Positions 1 to 7,743 of a stretch of 53,485 nucleotides of DNA are shown in pieces. The stretch covers positions 1 to 53,485 of IMG/VR virus record IMGVR_UViG_3300006076_000005. One strand, written 5' to 3'. The DNA is from a virus. Lineage: Duplodnaviria; Caudoviricetes. A model generated the notes under the pieces. It was not told where the DNA came from. It made no database searches and saw only the letters and a list, made by a program, of their open reading frames with translations. Each line of letters begins with the position of its first letter. Positions within the stretch are counted from its first letter, which is position 1. Made by a program: the position numbers and the translations under genes.

Positions 1-130
1 TACGGCACCGGCTCCCGGGGGATACCAGCTGGTTAGGCTGGTTCGGCCGCCCAAATCTTTATTTTAGGTGGCGATTTTATCCACCCCTGCCTGCGCAAAA
101 CCCTAGAAACCGGCAGGAAGTTTCTAGAGC
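1..130 (-). ncRNA. Unidentified structured RNA (probable 5' part, runs off the window), with H-type pseudoknot
   Basis: 73/130 nt are G+C in an AT-rich genome and there is no ORF. On the minus strand: stem CUCUAGAAAC(129-120)/GUUUCUAGGG(110-101), whose loop UUCCUGCC can pair with GGCAGGGG(91-84); further hairpins GGUGG/CCACC and ACCAGC/GCUGGU. G-U pairs favour the minus strand. Confidence 0.6.
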
Positions 131-230
131 TTCGTATTAATGATATATAAGTGAAATTTTTTACAAATAATTTAACAACCTACTTCATACATTGAATCCT
201 GTAGAAAGAATAAAACAATAAGGAGTTATA

Positions 231-707
231 ATGGGTAAAAAAGAAAAAAAGTTAGTTATTAAGAACAATAACAACAATAAGAATAAAGAAGTGGTTAAGT
301 GGGATGATCTTATAGTAGTGCATGAAAATGCTGTTAATATTTTAAAAGAAACTGTAGATAGGCTAAAAGAGATGACGACTAAATATGCTAAATATATAAA
401 CAGTAATGAAAAATTAGGCAATGATTTAGTAGCTATTTCTAAGTCTATAGAACAATTTAAAAACGAACTAGATGAGATCAAATCTCTACATACAGTTAAA
501 AACAACAAAGGTGAAGTAGTATTTAGAACAGGTGAAGTGTCTACCGATGATGAAAAAATAATGATTTTATTTATTAACGCTAATTTAGCTTATGAAGGTT
601 TTATAGAAAAAATAACTAACTATTTGGATACAACTATTGTCACATTTGCAGGTAACTTAGCAGAAGAAGTTGAAAAAACTAAAAAAGGAGACAAAAATGG
701 AAAATAA
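231..707 (+). CDS. Hypothetical coiled-coil phage protein (158 aa)
   Basis: AAGGAG SD upstream of the ATG; overlaps the start of the next gene. Confidence 0.8.
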   Translation: MGKKEKKLVIKNNNNNKNKEVVKWDDLIVVHENAVNILKETVDRLKEMTTKYAKYINSNEKLGNDLVAISKSIEQFKNELDEIKSLHTVKNNKGEVVFRTGEVSTDDEKIMILFINANLAYEGFIEKITNYLDTTIVTFAGNLAEEVEKTKKGDKNGK

Positions 708-2136
708 TACTTCAGGGGGTTTATTTAACCCAGACCTTGTATTTAAGAATGTAGAAAAAGTTGATTTTAACAAAGTGGTTAACTATAGAGAAAAAAGATA
801 TGTTCCAACATCCACTAGAAAAGAAATAGATGAATTTATAAAAAATGTTGATAGCAAAGCTTTGAGTAAAGCTGATCAAGAGACACAATTTTCTTTTGCT
901 ATAGAAGAAGCAACTAGGGATATGGTTAACGAACATGATATCGGTTATAAAAAATTAGAGGATGTTACTAACGAAGTAAAAGATGAAGAGAATGTTAATT
1001 TAACTATAAGAGAACTTACGACAAGCAAAAGAGCTAGAACTGGTAAAGCGGCATTGTTAAAATTAGTAAAAGCTACAGGCGTAGGAGCTATAACACAAAT
1101 ACCATTGTATCATAGTGGGTTTTGGATAACAGTAAGACCTCTTAAAGACACAGAGATAATTAACTTAGGTTTAGATTTATCTAATGCTATCTCTGAACTC
1201 AACAAGTCTACTTTAGGTATAGTTAACACATTAGTTAATCTACCTTATGTAGAGAAGATAACTAACCTACTTAATGATATTATCATTAACACAACCCTTA
1301 AACTAGATGATGAAGATGATATTTTAGATTATATAAACATAAATGATCTTTATACTATAGCGTGGGGTATTGCTAAATCTATGTATCCTAAAGGCATGGA
1401 TATTATAGTCCCATGTAAAAATAATGCTGTAGTAGATGAAAATACAGGATTACCAAAATGTACTTATAAAGCAAGAGTTAAAGTTGATATAGATAAACTA
1501 TTCTGGGTAGATAAAACAAAATTTACAAAAGATCATATTTCACAAATGTCAAAAAGAAAACCTAACTCTGTTACCAAAGACGAAGTTAAAGAATACCAAG
1601 AAACATTAACTACAAATGAACCATTATCTTTTACTTTAGATAGCGAAGACGGAAGCAGAATAGATATAACATTACAGAGTTGTAGTGTTAATAGATATTT
1701 AGAGTTGGGTTATAACCTAGTGGAACAAATAGAAGAATATTTAGACAATGTTATAAACAAACTTAATGTTAAAGATGAAGATGCTAAAGAGAATGCTAAA
1801 GAAAGAATATTAAGAACATTCTATTTAAAATCATACACACATCTATTTAAAGAAATTAGGATAGATGATGCTAGATTAGAGTCTATAGAGGAGATCGTAG
1901 AAGCATTAGAAGTATTCGATAGTTCTATAGAATTCAGTAAGATTATTAAAGATAAACTTATAGAATTCTTAGATAGAAAATTATTAACAGTTATAGGTAT
2001 ACCTAATTTTACTTGTCCTAAATGTAGAGCAACACAATCAGAAGATGCTATTATTCCTATAGCGGTATACGAGTACTTTTTTTTGTTAGTAAATTCTCGT
2101 TACAATGTGATTATGGAAAAGCAGACGATAGCTTAA
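697..2136 (+). CDS. Conserved phiKZ-like protein, putative baseplate-hub/tail assembly chaperone (T4 gp26-like, Zn-ribbon Cys motifs)
   Basis: AAGGAG precedes ATG 697 (track start TTG 670 is unlikely). Motif IPLYHSGFWITVRP, Cys clusters VPC..PKC and FTCPKC, and C-terminal YFF on a U8 run. Confidence 0.6.
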   Translation: MENNTSGGLFNPDLVFKNVEKVDFNKVVNYREKRYVPTSTRKEIDEFIKNVDSKALSKADQETQFSFAIEEATRDMVNEHDIGYKKLEDVTNEVKDEENVNLTIRELTTSKRARTGKAALLKLVKATGVGAITQIPLYHSGFWITVRPLKDTEIINLGLDLSNAISELNKSTLGIVNTLVNLPYVEKITNLLNDIIINTTLKLDDEDDILDYININDLYTIAWGIAKSMYPKGMDIIVPCKNNAVVDENTGLPKCTYKARVKVDIDKLFWVDKTKFTKDHISQMSKRKPNSVTKDEVKEYQETLTTNEPLSFTLDSEDGSRIDITLQSCSVNRYLELGYNLVEQIEEYLDNVINKLNVKDEDAKENAKERILRTFYLKSYTHLFKEIRIDDARLESIEEIVEALEVFDSSIEFSKIIKDKLIEFLDRKLLTVIGIPNFTCPKCRATQSEDAIIPIAVYEYFFLLVNSRYNVIMEKQTIA

Positions 2137-2669
2137 CACTTAAGACTAACAGGTTATTAGAAAACATTTGTAAGGAGAGATTTGAAGAGTATGGTAAATT
2201 AAAAGAACTTGATTTCTTTTATCAGTCCGCTAGTAATAACATTATAACTAATATAGAAAGATTTCTAGACATAGTTTTTAAACACATACCTCCTAAGAAG
2301 TATAGAGGTATAGAATTACAAATCATACGCAGGAAACTATATAGATTTCTATTAAACTTAAAAGTTAATTCTAAGAATAATATAGATGCTATAAAATATG
2401 AACCTGAAACTAACCCTAACTTTATATCAACGCTTTTTGATTCTATAGAAACATATGTTAAGTTAGATATATTTAAAACAACAGGTATATCTTATACAGA
2501 ATTTAAAAACTTGACAGTTCTTGAACAGATAGTATTATTAGAATATGTTAAACAGAAAAAGGATGAAGAAACAATAGTGTCAGAAATAATGTTTGATAAG
2601 ACAGAAGAGTTAGACAATAAACTAGACAATATGGATATAGGTAGTCTTTATAAAAGTAACGGATTTTAG
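2082..2669 (+). CDS. Start-less -1 frame extension (about 195 codons) of 697..2136; putative frameshifted GT-type / T4 gp51-like domain
   Basis: The frame is stop-free from 2028 to TAG 2667-2669 with no ATG/GTG/TTG until its last ~53 codons. It contains GISYTEFKNLTVLEQIVLLEYV, and a hairpin starts on its stop codon. Confidence 0.65.
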   Translation, partial: FVSKFSLQCDYGKADDSLTLKTNRLLENICKERFEEYGKLKELDFFYQSASNNIITNIERFLDIVFKHIPPKKYRGIELQIIRRKLYRFLLNLKVNSKNNIDAIKYEPETNPNFISTLFDSIETYVKLDIFKTTGISYTEFKNLTVLEQIVLLEYVKQKKDEETIVSEIMFDKTEELDNKLDNMDIGSLYKSNGF

Positions 2670-2695
2670 TCAGGTTCTATTATAAGAACCTGACT
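2668..2695. terminator. Hairpin terminator
   Basis: AGTCAGGTTCT-attata-AGAACCTGACT, overlapping the TAG at 2667-2669. Confidence 0.7.
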
Positions 2696-2727
2696 GTTAC
2701 ATTTTTTTAAATAAAAAGGAGTTGATG

Positions 2728-3495
2728 ATGGAGAACATAGGTATAAAAATAGGAGACAATATTTATGTAGACCTTGAGTCTTTATTCGACATACGTTTTA
2801 GTGTATTAGAGAACTTTTTTCAAAATGTAAAATATAAAAACCTTAATTTTATCGATATGATAAAAAAAGATAAAGTTCTATATTATGGTAGAATGACTTT
2901 AGGTTTAGTTAATATACCTACAAGTTATTTTAGATATATTTATAATAAAATTCTTAACAATGAAAATAAATTCAAAAAGATACTTAAAAGAAGTAAATTA
3001 ACTAATGTTACTAATATAATAAATGCTGAAACAGTTCTATTAGAATCTAAAAAACTAACAGAAGATGAAGTGAAAGTTAAACTATATGTTAACACATTTC
3101 CTTATACATTAACAGAAAAAGAAAAAGAGACATTGAGGTTTATATTAACAACTGTTACTATATTAAGACATGATGATATAGAGATTGTAAAAGAAGACAA
3201 CACTACTTTAGTAAACAATATGAAATCTGGTAAATATGATGTTATGTTTATGTATAGAGGTTTTGAATGGATTATGGTTAATAAGTTCCTTTATAACATA
3301 AAAGTTCCAGAAGTTAAATTATATACTCCTGCTATATTTGAAAATGTTAATATAGATGTAGATAAACCAGAACAGATAGAAACTCTGTTTAATTCTTATA
3401 AAGAGATATTAGAACCTTATGTAGATTTAACGTTCTTGCCACATGAGGTTTTTTCATTATCCTTTCCTATATACGAAAAAATAAAAAATAGCTAG
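2728..3495 (+). CDS. Conserved phiKZ-like hypothetical protein, degenerate HAD-like N-terminus
   Basis: SD AGGAG at 2717-2721; YVDLESLFDIR resembles the DLDxLLDTR family of phiKZ-like phages. Confidence 0.65.
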   Translation: MENIGIKIGDNIYVDLESLFDIRFSVLENFFQNVKYKNLNFIDMIKKDKVLYYGRMTLGLVNIPTSYFRYIYNKILNNENKFKKILKRSKLTNVTNIINAETVLLESKKLTEDEVKVKLYVNTFPYTLTEKEKETLRFILTTVTILRHDDIEIVKEDNTTLVNNMKSGKYDVMFMYRGFEWIMVNKFLYNIKVPEVKLYTPAIFENVNIDVDKPEQIETLFNSYKEILEPYVDLTFLPHEVFSLSFPIYEKIKNS

Positions 3496-3517
3496 AGTAG
3501 GTATAAACCTACTCTAG
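3492..3517. terminator. Bidirectional hairpin terminator between convergent genes
   Basis: CTAGAGTAGGT-ataa-ACCTACTCTAG; both TAG stop codons lie in the stem. Confidence 0.75.
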
Positions 3518-3819
3518 TCTTTTATTTCCATATCTCCTAATACATTTTCTGCCAATTCGTTATCTTCAAATTTCTTACTTAATTTATTTTCTAGAGCATT
3601 TATGAAGTCTTGATCTTCTTTATCCAAAATAAATTTACCTGTTTTAAGATCTACTTTTACAAATGGATTAAATGTAAATCTAGGAGATGGATATTTTTTC
3701 CTAAGATTTAACATAGTTCCAAATACCAAGTCCTCGGCTCTTAATATTCTCGTATTTTTAGGTAAAGTGTTATTACTATTTTTATTAGAAGCGCGATGGA
3801 CGCCTATTGCCCTGTTTTG
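3514..3819 (-). CDS. rpoB: Exon 2 of non-virion RNA polymerase beta N-terminal subunit (phiKZ gp123-like)
   Basis: In frame after the intron terminal G (TTG|CAA). Reads QNRAIGVH...AEDLVFGTMLNLRKKYPSPRFTFNPFV, the gp123-type C-terminus. Confidence 0.8.
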   Translation of the reverse strand, partial: QNRAIGVHRASNKNSNNTLPKNTRILRAEDLVFGTMLNLRKKYPSPRFTFNPFVKVDLKTGKFILDKEDQDFINALENKLSKKFEDNELAENVLGDMEIKD

Positions 3820-4240
3820 CAATATCTTCACGTAGGGTCGCTACTCCTACGCCGCGGCTTTACCCGCTGCTCTAGGTTTCCCTAGACGACCAGGGTTTAC
3901 ACATCCTGGAAGGTTGTATACTATAGGGCTGTTAGTATACAACGTTGAGACTATATCTTCAGTAGCATAAAGCTACTGGGCGGCTTTACGAGGTCGCTTG
4001 ACCTCTCTCTTTAACAGAAGTCTTGGTCATTTAACTCCTGTTAAAATTTAGTCGTTGAACGTTCGCCATAGGTTTATAACCCTTAGGTGCTTCGCTGCGG
4101 ATCACCCATTATTGCATCCTTACACTTTTTACCATACCCTGTTGGTTAGACAGGCCCCCACATCTGTTTCCAGTGTGAGTTGGTATGCAAGGCTTTAGGG
4201 CTTTCCCGCAATTAACCGCCTTTAAAGAGAACCAAAGTTA
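3820..4240 (-). ncRNA. Group I self-splicing intron, 421 nt, no homing endonuclease ORF
   Basis: P AAUUGCGGGAAA (4213-4202), Q GAUCCGCAGC (4103-4094), R GUUCAACGACUAAA (4060-4047), S AAGAUAUAGUCU (3959-3948). P1 is exon AGAGGAU / IGS GUUCUCU with a U-G splice pair; P10 UUUG/CAAA; P3 GGCGGUU/AGCCGCC; terminal G at 3820. Confidence 0.95.
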
Positions 4241-5686
4241 ATCCTCTAGTATGCTTGTCATTTTCCAATAATAGTTATCACCACTATAATCGTTGTTAGG
4301 CATGACAGCAATATTAATCTGACCCGCTTTGATAAGGTTGAATATTTTCTTAGGTGTTATGTAATCTGTAAATATTCTAGCTGCCTCTTTTTCACTTAGT
4401 TTACCTTTAGCTGCTGTTCTTTGTAATTCTAAGAATGCTTTGTTAATACTTACAATAAAGTCGAATAGAATGTAATATAGAATCTCTATATATCTGTTAT
4501 TTATATCGGATAGATGAGATTCTAAAAACATAGTCAACTCGTTGAAGTGATCGACAGCGTAGAATAGTAGTTCGAAGAAATCCTCTACATAAATGTTTTT
4601 CTCTTCTAGTTTCTCTTTGATAATATTATCCAAATAACCATTTAAGATATTGATATGTTCTGTCATATCTTCTAATATCCTAATAGGTGTGTAGTTGTTA
4701 TTGAACACATATTTACCTAATAAGATAACCCAAAATCTAGTTTCGTCGTCCATATCCACTGGATCTAATTGTGTATTAGGTTCTTTCTTTTTACCTAACA
4801 CATCTTTTAGATTAAGTGTTACTGTTGGAAATATGTCAAATAGATAAATAAGCCCTGTTATGAGGCTCTCCATAGTGGAATTAACATCTTTTTTCTTAAC
4901 ATAAATTTTAACTTCATGTGGTATATAATTTAGATTTCTTAATATACCAATTCTAGGCTTCTGTCCTGTTGTTGTATATTCTATATAACCTTCTTTTCTG
5001 AGTCTTTCGCCTTCTTCTAATGCCTCTTTATCATTACCTATAAGGACTATAGGTTCTGTATTAAAATAGTGTTTAAACAACCCAAAGAACCCCCATTTGA
5101 TAAGTAGATATATCATAATAGGAGGATTTTTGTTAATGTTCTTATCATTTTGTAACTTAAATATATTACCATATATAATAGGTCTAATATGTTTTTCTCC
5201 GTTGATTAAAATAACTCTTTCCATTTTCTTAATGTTAAGTTTATCTCTCAATAGTCTAATAAATACTCCTCCTATTTCAGGTGCTATAGGATATTGAGAT
5301 AAAACAGGAACTATTAAGTAATCAGCACTTGATAATTGTAATGCTCCTCCTCTTTCTACAAATGGTAAACTAACAGTTTTTCTTATTTCTGAATTCTTAT
5401 ATCTGAATATGAACTCTATCTTAAACAGATAATTCTTTGTTATGTCTACTTCATTCTTACTATATGCTGTATTAATGTTTGTTTTAAAGTCTTCTTCAGG
5501 TGTTAGATGTCTATAACCTAGATATTCGAATTCTAAATCTTTATCTAATGTAACTAAAGCAGATTTTATTACATTATCTAAATAGGTTGTTATCTTCTCT
5601 AACATTTTAGTAGCTAATCCGTTCATTATGTTAGAATTGAATTTAGGTGTATTTCTATCTAATACGTTTCTTAGTATTGGGTTCAT
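4241..5686 (-). CDS. rpoB: Exon 1 of non-virion RNA polymerase beta N-terminal subunit (phiKZ gp123-like); spliced product 583 aa
   Basis: Motifs LPFVERGG..L, VPVLS, FIRLLRDKL; position three genes downstream of the MCP, as in phiKZ. Ends SILED immediately before the intron. Confidence 0.85.
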
Positions 5687-5759
5687 TGATACTCCTTTAA
5701 TAAAGTTTTTTATACACTCATTATCATGAGTCTCTAATAAAATAAATTAGAAAAAAGGA

Positions 5760-6896
5760 TTAGAAGTCTGGAACTGGTGATAATAGTTCCAGAGCTTCTT
5801 TTGTGGTTTTGATAAGTTCTTTATCTCTAGCAAATTCTTCTTTCTCTTTAGCAATAGCTTCTTTATCGGCTTGTATAGCAGATTGGGTTGCTTTATTACC
5901 AGAGAAGTTAGATTTAAATACATCGGTCATAATCTGCATTAATCTTTCAGTACTGAATAACTTGTTATAATCCACTTTTAGATCTTCATATCTACTTATG
6001 GCTTTTTTAAATGCATTTTCAATATCGTCATAAGTTTTAGCAACAACATCTATATCGAGTGTTTTATTCAACGTAGATATTCCTATATTAATCTCCAACT
6101 TATCTTTCTTATCTTCTCTAAATTTCTTTATTACATTATCTCCGTGCAATATCGACAGAATAAACTCATCTTTTTCACTTCTACTTGTGGGTTCTAATTC
6201 AAATTCTAGATTACAGAGATTAACATTTATGTTTTCATTATTAGTAGATCTATATTCTAATTTAACATAATAAGCATCTAAAACTTTCTTTCTCAATGTC
6301 TTAAGTTTATCTTTACCTTTCCTGTCCGTAAAATTGTTTGCATTCCAGTCTACATATATCTTTAAGTTAAGGAACTCATATACTTCTTCCTCTTTATTTA
6401 GCGGTATTTTAGCTATTATAAAGAATTTTATATCTATGTTATGTACACTAGCTTTAACAGTTTCTCTTATATTAATAAGTTTTGTTTTAATAGAATTATA
6501 AATAGGATCATCTATCATAGCTTCTAATGTCTTTAAATATAGGTTCTTATATCTAATGTTATTAAAATATATCTCCTTAACAGTAACAACACAAGGCTCT
6601 TTAAATATTAAATTTAAGTTATTGTTAAACATAATAGGCATAAAAACATTATCTTTCTCTATCATAGCGTCTATATAACTTTCATTCGTCATATACCATT
6701 CTTTAACACTATAATTTAGGTAATTGATAGATCTATCGACTACATCACCAGGTGATGGTTGAGGTAAAAATATAGGTGATTTATATTCATTAAACTCTAA
6801 TACAGTTACTTCTAGATCAGAAGTTAAATCAAATTTAACTTCTCCAGTATCATCAGTAAATTCTGGTATTAACGGATCGTCTAAATTTATAACCAT
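5760..6896 (-). CDS. Conserved hypothetical protein (phiKZ gp122-like by synteny)
   Basis: 378-aa ORF with SD and C-terminal coiled coil, between the MCP and the RNAP gene. Confidence 0.6.
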   Translation of the reverse strand: MVINLDDPLIPEFTDDTGEVKFDLTSDLEVTVLEFNEYKSPIFLPQPSPGDVVDRSINYLNYSVKEWYMTNESYIDAMIEKDNVFMPIMFNNNLNLIFKEPCVVTVKEIYFNNIRYKNLYLKTLEAMIDDPIYNSIKTKLINIRETVKASVHNIDIKFFIIAKIPLNKEEEVYEFLNLKIYVDWNANNFTDRKGKDKLKTLRKKVLDAYYVKLEYRSTNNENINVNLCNLEFELEPTSRSEKDEFILSILHGDNVIKKFREDKKDKLEINIGISTLNKTLDIDVVAKTYDDIENAFKKAISRYEDLKVDYNKLFSTERLMQIMTDVFKSNFSGNKATQSAIQADKEAIAKEKEEFARDKELIKTTKEALELLSPVPDF

Positions 6897-6960
6897 AGCT
6901 ACTCCTTTTCATATTTTTTTACATATTAGTTATTTAAAGCTATAATAAAATAGAAATACA

Positions 6961-6994
6961 AGATAGTAGTAGGTAATAACACCTACTACTATCT
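6961..6994. terminator. Hairpin terminator
   Basis: AGATAGTAGTAGGT-aataac-ACCTACTACTATCT just downstream of 7004..7654. Confidence 0.75.
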
Positions 6995-7003
6995 ATCTTT
7001 AAT

Positions 7004-7654
7004 TTAAATGTTGAAGTATCTTTGTAAATTCCTTACGATGTTAGCCGGAACATAATCTCCGAATGTTTTAAAGTTAATTCTTTTTAGTTCTTTTCTTCTA
7101 TTTTTAGGTTCTTTTACAGCATCTATAAAAGTTATAATAAACCCATAAGCTGCTCTTGATCTTCCACCAAATTTCCAGAAATGATCATATTTAAGAACTG
7201 TTATAGGATTAAGAACATCGTTATGTCCTAATTTAAATAATTTAAGTAATGTTTCAAATCTAGTTTTAAATAATCCATAATCAGGAGTATCTAATTGGTC
7301 TACAATTAGTTTATAGAATCTGTAGTTAGCGTTAACATAATCATGCGGGTTAGGATTAGATCTTAAAGTGTTAACATAATTTTTTACACCTATAACGAGA
7401 TCTTTTACCTTACTATTATCTTTTAAGTTTTCCAAAGCACCATCTAGTGTTTTAGCATTGATTGTTTTAGGTTTTACCTGTTGTTTAGTTTTCTCTTCCT
7501 TAGGTTGCGAGCTCTCAGGTTGTTTATTAACGATAGTTTTATTAGTTTCTGTTGTAGTTGTCGTTTGTTTTTTTGTTTCTGGTTGCTGTTTTTGTTCTTG
7601 TTTAGTAGCTGTTTCTGCTTTGTTAGTTACTGGTCTTTTAGTAGTTTTACTCAT
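7004..7654 (-). CDS. Conserved hypothetical protein with T/K/Q-rich disordered N-terminus (gp121-like by synteny)
   Basis: AAAGGA precedes ATG 7654 (MSKTTKRP); helical C-terminal domain. Confidence 0.7.
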   Translation of the reverse strand: MSKTTKRPVTNKAETATKQEQKQQPETKKQTTTTTETNKTIVNKQPESSQPKEEKTKQQVKPKTINAKTLDGALENLKDNSKVKDLVIGVKNYVNTLRSNPNPHDYVNANYRFYKLIVDQLDTPDYGLFKTRFETLLKLFKLGHNDVLNPITVLKYDHFWKFGGRSRAAYGFIITFIDAVKEPKNRRKELKRINFKTFGDYVPANIVRNLQRYFNI

Positions 7655-7705
7655 TTTAAATCCTTTATTGTAAAATTTTAAAATTTTAATCAAAAAAAGA
7701 TAATA

Positions 7706-7733
7706 CCTAGGCATACCCTAAGGTATACCTAAG
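7706..7733 (-). terminator. Terminator downstream of the major capsid gene
   Basis: Minus-strand CUUAGGUAUACC-loop-GGUAUGCCUAGG followed by a U-rich tract. Confidence 0.6.
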
Positions 7734-7743
7734 TTTGTTTAAA

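Noticed and set aside
3514-3831. ORF-track 105-aa gene starting at GTG 3831
   Set aside because: Its first four codons lie inside the intron's 3' end; the rest is exon 2 of the RNAP subunit.
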